From: Mobula hypostoma
Lineage: Eukaryota
Direction: 5' to 3'
Length of the DNA stretch: 64,000 nt
NCBI RefSeq assembly: GCF_963921235.1
Contig: NC_086121.1
Location: 23,064,001 to 23,128,000, forward strand
This document shows, piece by piece, positions 24,501-39,500 of the stretch. The notes under the pieces were generated by a model. The model did no database searches. It was not told the DNA's origin and saw nothing but the letters and a program-made list of their open reading frames with translations. Made by a program: the position numbers and the translations under genes. Positions within the stretch are counted from its first letter, which is position 1. The number at the start of each line of letters is the position of its first letter.

Positions 24501-27500
24501 CTCTACCTGTGTCCTCTGGTCCTAGACTCCCCCACTACTGGAAACATCCTCTCCACATCCACTCTATCTGTGTCCTCTGGCCCTAGACTCCCCCACTACT
24601 GGAAACATCCTCTCCACATCCACTCTATCTGTGTCCTCTGGCCCTAGACTCCCCCACTACTGGAAACATCCTCTCCACATCCACTCTATCTGTGTCCTCT
24701 GGTCCGAGACTCCCCCACTACTGGAAACATCCTCTCCACATCCACTCTATCTGTGTCCTCTGGTCCGAGACTCCCCCCACCATAGGAAACATCCTCTCCA
24801 CATTCACTCTACCTGTGTCCTCTGGTCCTAGACTCCCCCACTACTGGAAACATCCTCTCCACATCCACTCTATCTGTGTCCTCTGGCCCTAGACTCCCCC
24901 ACTACTGGAAACATCCTCTCCACATCCACTCTATCTGTGTCCTCTGGCCCTAGACTCCCCCACTACTGGAAACATCCTCTCCACATCCACTCTATCTGTG
25001 TCCTCTGGTCCGAGACTCCCCCACTACTGGAAACATCCTCTCCACATCCACTCTATCTGTGTCCTCTGGTCCGAGACTCCCCCACTACAGGAAACATCCT
25101 CTCCACATCCACTCTACCTGTGTCCTCTGGTCCGAGACTCCCCCCACTACTGGAAACATCCTCTCCACATCCACTCTATCTGTGTCCTCTGGTCCGAGAC
25201 TCCCCCACTACAGGAAACATCCTCTCCACATCCACTCTATCTGTGTCCTCTGGTCCGAGACTCCCCCACTACTGGAAACATCCTCTCCACATCCACTCTA
25301 CCTGTGTCCTCTGGTCCTAGACTCCCCCACTACTGGAAACATCCTCTCCACATCCACTCTATCTGTGTCCTCTGGTCCGAGACTCCCCCCACCATAGGAA
25401 ACATCCTCTCCACATTCACTCTACCTGTGTCCTCTGGTCCTAGACTCCCCCACTACTGGAAACATCCTCTCCACATCCACTCTATCTGTGTCCTCTGGCC
25501 CTAGACTCCCCCACTACTGGAAACATCCTCTCCACATCCACTCTATCTGTGTCCTCTGGCCCTAGACTCCCCCACTACTGGAAACATCCTCTCCACATCC
25601 ACTCTATCTGTGTCCTCTGGTCCGAGACTCCCCCACTACTGGAAACATCCTCTCCACATCCACTCTATCTGTGTCCTCTGGTCCGAGACTCCCCCACTAC
25701 AGGAAACATCCTCTCCACATCCACTCTATCTGTGTCCTCTGGTCCGAGACTCCCCCACTACTGGAAACATCCTCTCCACATCCACTCTATCTGTGTCCTC
25801 TGGTCCGAGACTCCCCCACTACTGGAAACATCCTCTCCACATCCACTCTATCTGTGTCCTCTGGTCCGAGACTCCCCCACTACTGGAAACATCCTCTCCA
25901 CATCCACTCTATCTGTGTCCTCTGGTCCTAGACTCCCCCCACCATAGGAAATATCCTCTCCACATCCACTCTATCTGTGTCCTCTGGTCCGAGACTCCCC
26001 CACTACTGGAAACATCCTCTCCACATCCACTCTATCTGTGTCCTCTGGTCCGAGACTCCCCCACTACTGGAAACATCCTCTCCACATCCACTCTATCTGT
26101 GTCCTCTGGCCCCAGACTCCCCCACTACTGGAAACATCCTCTCCACATCCACTCTATCTGTGTCCTCTGGTCCGAGACTCCCCCACTACTGGAAACATCC
26201 TCTCCACATCCACTCTATCTGTGTCCTCTGGTCCTAGACTCCCCCACTACTGGAAACATCCTCTCCACATCCACTCTATCTGTGTCCTCTGGTCCTAGAC
26301 TCCCCCACTATAGGAAACATCCTCTCCACATCCACTCTATCTGTGTCCTCTGGTCCGAGACTCCCCCACTACTGGAAACATCCTCTCCACATCCACTCTA
26401 TCTGTGTCCTCTGGTCCTAGACTCCCCCACTATAGGAAACATCCTCTCCACATCCACTCTATCTGTGTCCTCTGGTCCTAGACTCCCCCACTACTGGAAA
26501 CATCCTCTCCACATCCACTCTATCTGTGTCCTCTGGTCCTAGACTCCCCCACTACTGGAAACATCCTCTCCACATCCACTCTATCTGTGTCCTCTGGTCC
26601 GAGACTCCCCCACTACTGGAAACATCCTCTCCACATCCACTCTACCTGTGTCCTCTGGTCCTAGACTCCCCCACTACTGGAAACATCCTCTCCACATCCA
26701 CTCTATCTGTGTCCTCTGGTCCTAGACTCCCCCACTACTGGAAACATCCTCTCCACATCCACTCTATCTGTGTCCTCTGGTCCGAGACTCCCCCACTACT
26801 GGAAACATCCTCTCCACATCCACTCTATCTGTGTCCTCTGGTCCGAGACTCCCCCACTACTGGAAACATCCTCTCCACATCCACTCTATCTGTGTCCTCT
26901 GGTCCGAGACTCCCCCACTACTGGAAACATCCTCTCCACATCCACTCTATCTGTGTCCTCTGGTCCTAGACTCCCCCACTACTGGAAACATCCTCTCCAC
27001 ATCCACTCTACCTGTGTCCTCTGGTCCTAGACTCCCCCACTACTGGAAACATCCTCTCCACATCCACTCTATCTGTGTCCTCTGGTCCTAGACTCCCCCA
27101 CTACTGGAAACATCCTCTCCGCATCCACTCTATCTGTGTCCTCTGGTCCGAGACTCCCCCACTACTGGAAACATCCTCTCCACATCCACTCTATCTGTGT
27201 CCTCTGGTCCTAGACTCCCCCACTACTGGAAACATCCTCTCCACATCCACTCTATCTGTGTCCTCTGGTCCGAGACTCCCCCACTACTGGAAACATCCTC
27301 TCCACATCCACTCTATCTGTGTCCTCTGGTCCGAGACTCCCCCACTACTGGAAACATCCTCTCCACATCCACTCTACCTGTGTCCTCTGGTCCGAGACTC
27401 CCCCACTACTGGAAACATCCTCTCCACATCCACTCTATCTGTGTCCTCTGGTCCGAGACTCCCCCACTACTGGAAACATCCTCTCCACATCCACTCTATC

Positions 27501-30500
27501 TGTGTCCTCTGGTCCGAGACTCCCCCACTACTGGAAACATCCTCTCCACATCCACTCTATCTGTGTCCTCTGGTCCGAGACTCCCCCACTACTGGAAACA
27601 TCCTCTCCACATCCACTCTATCTGTGTCCTCTGGTCCGAGACTCCCCCACTACTGGAAACATCCTCTCCACATCCACTCTATCTGTGTCCTCTGGTCCGA
27701 GACTCCCCCACTACTGGAAACATCCTCTCCACATCCACTCTATCTGTGTCCTCTGGTCCGAGACTCCCCCACTACTGGAAACATCCTCTCCACATCCACT
27801 CTATCTGTGTCCTCTGGTCCGAGACTCCCCCACTACTGGAAACATCCTCTCCACATCCACTCTATCTGTGTCCTCTGGTCCGAGACTCCCCCCACCATAG
27901 GAAACATCCTCTCCACATCCACTCTATCTGTGTCCTCTGGTCCGAGACTCCCCCACTACTGGAAACATCCTCTCCACATCCACTCTATCTGTGTCCTCTG
28001 GTCCGAGACTCCCCCACTACTGGAAACATCCTCTCCACATCCACTCTACCTGTGTCCTCTGGTCCGAGACTCCCCCACTACTGGAAACATCCTCTCCACA
28101 TCCACTCTATCTGTGTCCTCTGGTCCGAGACTCCCCCACTACTGGAAACATCCTCTCCACATCCACTCTATCTGTGTCCTCTGGTCCTAGACTCCCCCAC
28201 TACTGGAAACATCCTCTCCACATCCACTCTATCTGTGTCCTCTGGTCCGAGACTCCCCCACTACTGGAAACATCCTCTCCACATCCACTCTATCTGTGTC
28301 CTCTGGTCCTAGACTCCCCCACTACTGGAAACATCCTCTCCACATCCACTCTATCTGTGTCCTCTGGTCCTAGACTCCCCCACTATAGGAAACATCCTCT
28401 CCACATCCACTCTATCTGTGTCCTCTGGTCCTAGACTCCCCCACTACTGGAAACATCCTCTCCACATCCACTCTATCTGTGTCCTCTGGCCCTAGACTCC
28501 CCGACTACTGGAAACATCCTCTCCACATCCACTCTATCTGTGTCCTCTGGTCCTAGACTCCCCCACTACTGGAAACATCCTCTCCACATCCACTCTATCT
28601 GTGTCCTCTGGCCCTAGACTCCCCCACTACTGGAAACATCCTCTCCACATCCACTCTATCTGTGTCCTCTGGCCCTAGACTCCCCCACTACTGGAAACAT
28701 CCTCTCCACATCCACTCTATCTGTGTCCTCTGGTCCTAGACTCCCCCACTACTGGAAACATCCTCTCCACATCCACTCTATCTGTGTCCTCTGGTCCTAG
28801 ACTCCCCCACTACTGGAAACATCCTCTCCACATCCACTCTATCTGTGTCCTCTGGTCCGAGACTCCCCCACTACTGGAAACATCCTCTCCACATCCACTC
28901 TATCTGTGTCCTCTGGTCCGAGACTCCCCCACTACTGGAAACATCCTCTCCACATCCACTCTATCTGTGTCCTCTGGTCCGAGACTCCCCCACTACTGGA
29001 AACATCCTCTCCACATCCACTCTACCTGTGTCCTCTGGTCCGAGACTCCCCCACTACTGGAAACATCCTCTCCACATCCACTCTATCTGTGTCCTCTGGT
29101 CCGAGACTCCCCCACTACTGGAAACATCCTCTCCACATCCACTCTATCTGTGTCCTCTGGTCCGAGACTCCCCCACTACTGGAAACATCCTCTCCACATC
29201 CACTCTATCTGTGTCCTCTGGTCCGAGACTCCCCCACTACTGGAAACATCCTCTCCACATCCACTCTATCTGTGTCCTCTGGTCCGAGACTCCCCCACTA
29301 CTGGAAACATCCTCTCCACATCCACTCTACCTGTGTCCTCTGGTCCGAGACTCCCCCACTACTGGAAACATCCTCTCCACATCCACTCTATCTGTGTCCT
29401 CTGGTCCGAGACTCCCCCACTACTGGAAACATCCTCTCCACATCCACTCTATCTGTGTCCTCTGGTCCGAGACTCCCCCACTACTGGAAACATCCTCTCC
29501 ACATCCACTCTATCTGTGTCCTCTGGTCCGAGACTCCCCCACTACTGGAAACATCCTCTCCACATCCACTCTATCTGTGTCCTCTGGTCCGAGACTCCCC
29601 CACTACTGGAAACATCCTCTCCACATCCACTCTATCTGTGTCCTCTGGTCCGAGACTCCCCCACTACTGGAAACATCCTCTCCACATCCACTCTATCTGT
29701 GTCCTCTGGTCCGAGACTCCCCCACTACTGGAAACATCCTCTCCACATCCACTCTACCTGTGTCCTCTGGTCCGAGACTCCCCCACTACTGGAAACATCC
29801 TCTCCACATCCACTCTATCTGTGTCCTCTGGTCCGAGACTCCCCCACTACTGGAAACATCCTCTCCACATCCACTCTATCTGTGTCCTCTGGTCCGAGAC
29901 TCCCCCACTACTGGAAACATCCTCTCCACATCCACTCTACCTGTGTCCTCTGGTCCGAGACTCCCCCACTACTGGAAACATCCTCTCCACATCCACTCTA
30001 TCTGTGTCCTCTGGTCCGAGACTCCCCCACTACTGGAAACATCCTCTCCACATCCACTCTATCTGTGCCCTCTGGTCCGAGACTCCCCCACTACAGGAAA
30101 CATCCTCTCCACATCCACTCTATCTGTGTCCTCTGGCCCTAGACTCCCCCACTACTGGAAACATCCTCTCCACATCCACTCTATCTGTGTCCTCTGGTCC
30201 GAGACTCCCCCACTACTGGAAACATCCTCTCCACATCCACTCTATCTGTGTCCTCTGGCCCTAGACTCCCCCACTACTGGAAACATCCTCTCCACATCCA
30301 CTCTATCTGTGTCCTCTGGTCCGAGACTCCCCCACTACTGGAAACATCCTCTCCACATCCACTCTATCTGTGTCCTCTGGTCCGAGACTCCCCCACTACT
30401 GGAAACATCCTCTCCACATCCACTCTATCTGTGTCCTCTGGTCCGAGACTCCCCCACCATAGGAAACATCCTCTCCACATCCACTCTATCTGTGTCCTCT

Positions 30501-33500
30501 GGTCCGAGACTCCCCCACTACTGGAAACATCCTCTCCACATCCACTCTATCTGTGTCCTCTGGTCCGAGACTCCCCCACTACTGGAAACATCCTCTCCAC
30601 ATCCACTCTATCTGTGTCCTCTGGCCCTAGACTCCCCCACTACTGGAAACATCCTCTCCACATCCACTCTATCTGTGTCCTCTGGTCCGAGACTCCCCCA
30701 CTATAGGAAACATCCTCTCCACATCCACTCTATCTGTGTCCTCTGGTCCGAGACTCCCCCACTACTGGAAACATCCTCTCCACATCCACTCTATCTGTGT
30801 CCTCTGGTCCGAGACTCCCCCACTACTGGAAACATCCTCTCCACATCCACTCTATCTGTGTCCTCTGGTCCGAGACTCCCCCACTACTGGAAACATCCTC
30901 TCCACATCCACTCTATCTGTGTCCTCTGGTCCGAGACTCCCCCACTACTGGAAACATCCTCTCCACATCCACTCTATCTGTGTCCTCTGGTCCGAGACTC
31001 CCCCACTACTGGAAACATCCTCTCCACATCCACTCTATCTGTGTCCTCTGGTCCGAGACTCCCCCACTACTGGAAACATCCTCTCCACATCCACTCTACC
31101 TGTGTCCTCTGGTCCGAGACTCCCCCCACTACTGGAAACATCCTCTCCACATCCACTCTATCTGTGTCCTCTGGTCCGAGACTCCCCCACTACTGGAAAC
31201 ATCCTCTCCACATCCACTCTATCTGTGTCCTCTGGTCCGAGACTCCCCCACTATAGGAAACATCCTCTCCACATCCACTCTATCTGTGTCCTCTGGTCCG
31301 AGACTCCCCCACTACTGGAAACATCCTCTCCACATCCACTCTATCTGTGTCCTCTGGTCCGAGACTCCCCCACTACTGGAAACATCCTCTCCACATCCAC
31401 TCTATCTGTGTCCTCTGGTCCGAGACTCCCCCACTACTGGAAACATCCTCTCCACATCCACTCTATCTGTGTCCTCTGGTCCGAGACTCCCCCACTACTG
31501 GAAACATCCTCTCCACATCCACTCTATCTGTGTCCTCTGGTCCGAGACTCCCCCACTACTGGAAACATCCTCTCCACATCCACTCTATCTGTGTCCTCTG
31601 GTCCGAGACTCCCCCACTACTGGAAACATCCTCTCCACATCCACTCTACCTGTGTCCTCTGGTCCGAGACTCCCCCCACTACTGGAAACATCCTCTCCAC
31701 ATCCACTCTATCTGTGTCCTCTGGTCCGAGACTCCCCCACTACTGGAAACATCCTCTCCACATCCACTCTATCTGTGTCCTCTGGTCCGAGACTCCCCCA
31801 CTACTGGAAACATCCTCTCCACATCCACTCTATCTGTGTCCTCTGGTCCTAGACTCCCCCACTACTGGAAACATCCTCTCCACATCCACTCTATCTGTGT
31901 CCTCTGGTCCGAGACTCCCCCACTACTGGAAACATCCTCTCCACATCCACTCTATCTGTGTCCTCTGGTCCGAGACTCCCCCACTACTGGAAACATCCTC
32001 TCCACATCCACTCTATCTGTGTCCTCTGGTCCGAGACTCCCCCACTACTGGAAACATCCTCTCCACATCCACTCTATCTGTGTACTCTGGTCCGAGACTC
32101 CCCCACTACTGGAAACATCCTCTCCACATCCACTCTACCTGTGTCCTCTGGTCCTAGACTCCCCCACTACTGGAAACATCCTCTCCACATCCACTCTATC
32201 TGTGTCCTCTGGTCCTAGACTCCCCCACTACTGGAAACATCCTCTCCACATCCACTCTATCTGTGTCCTCTGGTCCTAGACTCCCCCACTACTGGAAACA
32301 TCCTCTCCACATCCACTCTATCTGTGTTCTCTGGTCCTAGACTCCCCCACTACTGGAAACATCCTCTCCACATCCACTCTATCTGTGTCCTCTGGTCCGA
32401 GACTCCCCCACTACTGGAAACATCCTCTCCACATCCACTCTATCTGTGTCCTCTGGTCCGAGACTCCCCCACTACTGGAAACATCCTCTCCACATCCACT
32501 CTATCTGTGTCCTCTGGTCCGAGACTCCCCCACTACTGGAAACATCCTCTCCACATCCACTCTATCTGTGTCCTCTGGTCCGAGACTCCCCCACTACTGG
32601 AAACATCCTCTCCACATCCACTCTATCTGTGTCCTCTGGTCCGAGACTCCCCCACTACTGGAAACATCCTCTCCACATCCACTCTATCTGTGTCCTCTGG
32701 TCCGAGACTCCCCCACTACTGGAAACATCCTCTCCACATCCACTCTATCTGTGTCCTCTGGTCCGAGACTCCCCCACTACTGGAAACATCCTCTCCACAT
32801 CCACTCTACCTGTGTCCTCTGGCCCTAGACTCCCCCACTACTGGAAACATCCTCTCCACATCCACTCTACCTGTGTCCTCTGGTCCGAGACTCCCCCACT
32901 ACTGGAAACATCCTCTCCACATCCACTCTATCTGTGTCCTCTGGTCCTAGACTCCCCCACTACTGGAAACATCCTCTCCACATCCACTCTATCTGTGTCC
33001 TCTGGTCCGAGACTCCCCCACTACTGGAAACATCCTCTCCACATCCACTCTATCTGTGTCCTCTGGTCCTAGACTCCCCCACTACTGGAAACATCCTCTC
33101 CACATCCACTCTATCTGTGTCCTCTGGTCCTAGACTCCCCCACTACTGGAAACATCCTCTCCACATCCACTCTATCTGTGTCCTCTGGTCCTAGACTCCC
33201 CCACTACTGGAAACATCCTCTCCACATCCACTCTATCTGTGTCCTCTGGTCCTAGACTCCCCCACTACTGGAAACATCCTCTCCACATCCACTCTATCTG
33301 TGTCCTCTGGTCCGAGACTCCCCCACTACTGGAAACATCCTCTCCACATCCACTCTATCTGTGTCCTCTGGTCCGAGACTCCCCCACTACTGGAAACATC
33401 CTCTCCACATCCACTCTATCTGTGTCCTCTGGTCCGAGACTCCCCCACTACTGGAAACATCCTCTCCACATCCACTCTATCTGTGTCCTCTGGTCCGAGA

Positions 33501-36500
33501 CTCCCCCACTACTGGAAACATCCTCTCCACATCCACTCTATCTGTGTCCTCTGGTCCTAGACTCCCCCACTACTGGAAACATCCTCTCCACATCCACTCT
33601 ATCTGTGTCCTCTGGTCCGAGACTCCCCCACTACTGGAAACATCCTCTCCACATCCACTCTATCTGTGTCCTCTGGTCCTAGACTCCCCCACTACTGGAA
33701 ACATCCTCTCCACATCCACTCTATCTGTGTCCTCTGGTCCGAGACTCCCCCACTACTGGAAACATCCTCTCCACATCCACTCTATCTGTGTCCTCTGGTC
33801 CGAGACTCCCCCACTACTGGAAACATCCTCTCCACATCCACTCTATCTGTGTCCTCTGGTCCGAGACTCCCCCACTACTGGAAACATCCTCTCCACATCC
33901 ACTCTATCTGTGTCCTCTGGTCCGAGACTCCCCCACTACTGGAAACATCCTCTCCACATCCACTCTATCTGTGTCCTCTGGTCCGAGACTCCCCCACTAC
34001 TGGAAACATCCTCTCCACATCCACTCTATCTGTGTCCTCTGGCCCTAGACTCCCCCACTACTGGAAACATCCTCTCCACATCCACTCTACCTGTGTCCTC
34101 TGGTCCGAGACTCCCCCCACTACTGGAAACATCCTCTCCACATCCACTCTATCTGTGTCCTCTGGTCCGAGACTCCCCCACTACTGGAAACATCCTCTCC
34201 ACATCCACTCTATCTGTGTCCTCTGGTCCGAGACTCCCCCACTACTGGAAACATCCTCTCCACATCCACTCTACCTGTGTCCTCTGGTCCGAGACTCCCC
34301 CACTACTGGAAACATCCTCTCCACATCCACTCTATCTGTGTCCTCTGGCCCTAGACTCCCCCACTACTGGAAACATCCTCTCCACATCCACTCTACCTGT
34401 GTCCTCTGGTCCGAGACTCCCCCCACTACTGGAAACATCCTCTCCACATCCACTCTATCTGTGTCCTCTGGTCCGAGACTCCCCCACTACTGGAAACATC
34501 CTCTCCACATCCACTCTATCTGTGTCCTCTGGTCCGAGACTCCCCCACTACTGGAAACATCCTCTCCACATCCACTCTACCTGTGTCCTCTGGTCCGAGA
34601 CTCCCCCACTACTGGAAACATCCTCTCCACATCCACTCTACCTGTGTCCTCTGGTCCGAGACTCCCCCACTACTGGAAACATCCTCTCCACATCCACTCT
34701 ATCTGTGTCCTCTGGTCCTAGACTCCCCCACTACTGGAAACATCCTCTCCACATCCACTCTACCTGTGTCCTCTGGTCCGAGACTCCCCCACTACTGGAA
34801 ACATCCTCTCCACATCCACTCTACCTGTGTCCTCTGGTCCGAGACTCCCCCACTACTGGAAACATCCTCTCCACATCCACTCTATCTGTGTCCTCTGGTC
34901 CGAGACTCCCCCACTACTGGAAACATCCTCTCCACATCCACTCTATCTGTGTCCTCTGGTCCGAGACTCCCCCACTACTGGAAACATCCTCTCCACATCC
35001 ACTCTATCTGTGTCCTCTGGTCCGAGACTCCCCCACTACTGGAAACATCCTCTCCACATCCACTCTATCTGTGTCCTCTGGTCCGAGACTCCCCCACTAC
35101 TGGAAACATCCTCTCCACATCCACTCTATCTGTGTCCTCTGGTCCGAGACTCCCCCACTACTGGAAACATCCTCTCCACATCCACTCTACCTGTGTCCTC
35201 TGGTCCGAGACTCCCCCACTACTGGAAACATCCTCTCCACATCCACTCTATCTGTGTCCTCTGGTCCGAGACTCCCCCACTACTGGAAACATCCTCTCCA
35301 CATCCACTCTATCTGTGTCCTCTGGTCCGAGACTCCCCCACTACTGGAAACATCCTCTCCACATCCACTCTATCTGTGTCCTCTGGTCCGAGACTCCCCC
35401 ACTACTGGAAACATCCTCTCCACATCCACTCTATCTGTGTCCTCTGGTCCGAGACTCCCCCACTACTGGAAACATCCTCTCCACATCCACTCTATCTGTG
35501 TCCTCTGGTCCGAGACTCCCCCACTACTGGAAACATCCTCTCCACATCCACTCTATCTGTGTCCTCTGGTCCGAGACTCCCCCACTACTGGAAACATCCT
35601 CTCCACATCCACTCTATCTGTGTCCTCTGGTCCGAGACTCCCCCACTACTGGAAACATCCTCTCCACATCCACTCTATCTGTGTCCTCTGGTCCGAGACT
35701 CCCCCACTACTGGAAACATCCTCTCCACATCCACTCTACCTGTGTCCTCTGGTCCGAGACTCCCCCACTACTGGAAACATCCTCTCCACATCCACTCTAT
35801 CTGTGTCCTCTGGTCCGAGACTCCCCCACTACTGGAAACATCCTCTCCACATCCACTCTATCTGTGTCCTCTGGTCCGAGACTCCCCCACTATGGAAACA
35901 TCCTCTCCACATCCACTCTATCTGTGTCCTCTGGTCCGAGACTCCCCCACTACTGGAAACATCCTCTCCACATCCACTCTACCTGTGTCCTCTGGTCCTA
36001 GACTCCCCCACTACTGGAAACATCCTCTCCACATCCACTCTACCTGTGTCCTCTGGTCCTAGACTCCCCCACTACTGGAAACATCCTCTCCACATCCACT
36101 CTATCTGTGTCCTCTGGCCCTAGACTCCCCCACTACTGGAAACATCCTCTCCACATCCACTCTATCTGTGTCCTCTGGCCCTAGACTCCCCCACTACTGG
36201 AAACATCCTCTCCACATCCACTCTATCTGTGTCCTCTGGTCCGAGACTCCCCCACTACTGGAAACATCCTCTCCACATCCACTCTATCTGTGTCCTCTGG
36301 TCCGAGACTCCCCCACTACTGGAAACATCCTCTCCACATCCACTCTATCTGTGTCCTCTGGTCCGAGACTCCCCCACTACTGGAAACATCCTCTCCACAT
36401 CCACTCTATCTGTGTCCTCTGGTCCGAGACTCCCCCACTACTGGAAACATCCTCTCCACATCCACTCTACCTGTGTCCTCTGGTCCTAGACTCCCCCACT

Positions 36501-39500
36501 ACTGGAAACATCCTCTCCACATCCACTCTACCTGTGTCCTCTGGTCCTAGACTCCCCCACTACTGGAAACATCCTCTCCACATCCACTCTATCTGTGTCC
36601 TCTGGCCCTAGACTCCCCCACTACTGGAAACATCCTCTCCACATCCACTCTATCTGTGTCCTCTGGCCCTAGACTCCCCCACTACTGGAAACATCCTCTC
36701 CACATCCACTCTATCTGTGTCCTCTGGTCCGAGACTCCCCCACTACTGGAAACATCCTCTCCACATCCACTCTATCTGTGTCCTCTGGTCCGAGACTCCC
36801 CCACTACTGGAAACATCCTCTCCACATCCACTCTATCTGTGTCCTCTGGTCCGAGACTCCCCCACTACTGGAAACATCCTCTCCACATCCACTCTATCTG
36901 TGTCCTCTGGTCCTAGACTCCCCCACTACTGGAAACATCCTCTCCACATCCACTCTATCTGTGTCCTCTGGTCCGAGACTCCCCCACTACTGGAAACATC
37001 CTCTCCACATCCACTCTATCTGTGTCCTCTGGTCCGAGACTCCCCCACTACTGGAAACATCCTCTCCACATCCACTCTATCTGTGTCCTCTGGTCCGAGA
37101 CTCCCCCACTACTGGAAACATCCTCTCCACATCCACTCTATCTGTGTACTCTGGTCCGAGACTCCCCCACTACTGGAAACATCCTCTCCACATCCACTCT
37201 ACCTGTGTCCTCTGGTCCTAGACTCCCCCACTACTGGAAACATCCTCTCCACATCCACTCTATCTGTGTCCTCTGGTCCTAGACTCCCCCACTACTGGAA
37301 ACATCCTCTCCACATCCACTCTATCTGTGTCCTCTGGTCCTAGACTCCCCCACTACTGGAAACATCCTCTCCACATCCACTCTATCTGTGTTCTCTGGTC
37401 CTAGACTCCCCCACTACTGGAAACATCCTCTCCACATCCACTCTATCTGTGTCCTCTGGTCCGAGACTCCCCCACTACTGGAAACATCCTCTCCACATCC
37501 ACTCTATCTGTGTCCTCTGGTCCGAGACTCCCCCACTACTGGAAACATCCTCTCCACATCCACTCTATCTGTGTCCTCTGGTCCGAGACTCCCCCACTAC
37601 TGGAAACATCCTCTCCACATCCACTCTATCTGTGTCCTCTGGTCCGAGACTCCCCCACTACTGGAAACATCCTCTCCACATCCACTCTATCTGTGTCCTC
37701 TGGTCCGAGACTCCCCCACTACTGGAAACATCCTCTCCACATCCACTCTATCTGTGTCCTCTGGTCCGAGACTCCCCCACTACTGGAAACATCCTCTCCA
37801 CATCCACTCTATCTGTGTCCTCTGGTCCGAGACTCCCCCACTACTGGAAACATCCTCTCCACATCCACTCTACCTGTGTCCTCTGGCCCTAGACTCCCCC
37901 ACTACTGGAAACATCCTCTCCACATCCACTCTACCTGTGTCCTCTGGTCCGAGACTCCCCCACTACTGGAAACATCCTCTCCACATCCACTCTATCTGTG
38001 TCCTCTGGTCCTAGACTCCCCCACTACTGGAAACATCCTCTCCACATCCACTCTATCTGTGTCCTCTGGTCCGAGACTCCCCCACTACTGGAAACATCCT
38101 CTCCACATCCACTCTATCTGTGTCCTCTGGTCCTAGACTCCCCCACTACTGGAAACATCCTCTCCACATCCACTCTATCTGTGTCCTCTGGTCCTAGACT
38201 CCCCCACTACTGGAAACATCCTCTCCACATCCACTCTATCTGTGTCCTCTGGTCCTAGACTCCCCCACTACTGGAAACATCCTCTCCACATCCACTCTAT
38301 CTGTGTCCTCTGGTCCTAGACTCCCCCACTACTGGAAACATCCTCTCCACATCCACTCTATCTGTGTCCTCTGGTCCGAGACTCCCCCACTACTGGAAAC
38401 ATCCTCTCCACATCCACTCTATCTGTGTCCTCTGGTCCGAGACTCCCCCACTACTGGAAACATCCTCTCCACATCCACTCTATCTGTGTCCTCTGGTCCG
38501 AGACTCCCCCACTACTGGAAACATCCTCTCCACATCCACTCTATCTGTGTCCTCTGGTCCGAGACTCCCCCACTACTGGAAACATCCTCTCCACATCCAC
38601 TCTATCTGTGTCCTCTGGTCCTAGACTCCCCCACTACTGGAAACATCCTCTCCACATCCACTCTATCTGTGTCCTCTGGTCCGAGACTCCCCCACTACTG
38701 GAAACATCCTCTCCACATCCACTCTATCTGTGTCCTCTGGTCCTAGACTCCCCCACTACTGGAAACATCCTCTCCACATCCACTCTATCTGTGTCCTCTG
38801 GTCCGAGACTCCCCCACTACTGGAAACATCCTCTCCACATCCACTCTATCTGTGTCCTCTGGTCCGAGACTCCCCCACTACTGGAAACATCCTCTCCACA
38901 TCCACTCTATCTGTGTCCTCTGGTCCGAGACTCCCCCACTACTGGAAACATCCTCTCCACATCCACTCTATCTGTGTCCTCTGGTCCGAGACTCCCCCAC
39001 TACTGGAAACATCCTCTCCACATCCACTCTATCTGTGTCCTCTGGTCCGAGACTCCCCCACTACTGGAAACATCCTCTCCACATCCACTCTATCTGTGTC
39101 CTCTGGCCCTAGACTCCCCCACTACTGGAAACATCCTCTCCACATCCACTCTACCTGTGTCCTCTGGTCCGAGACTCCCCCCACTACTGGAAACATCCTC
39201 TCCACATCCACTCTATCTGTGTCCTCTGGTCCGAGACTCCCCCACTACTGGAAACATCCTCTCCACATCCACTCTATCTGTGTCCTCTGGTCCGAGACTC
39301 CCCCACTACTGGAAACATCCTCTCCACATCCACTCTACCTGTGTCCTCTGGTCCGAGACTCCCCCACTACTGGAAACATCCTCTCCACATCCACTCTATC
39401 TGTGTCCTCTGGCCCTAGACTCCCCCACTACTGGAAACATCCTCTCCACATCCACTCTACCTGTGTCCTCTGGTCCGAGACTCCCCCCACTACTGGAAAC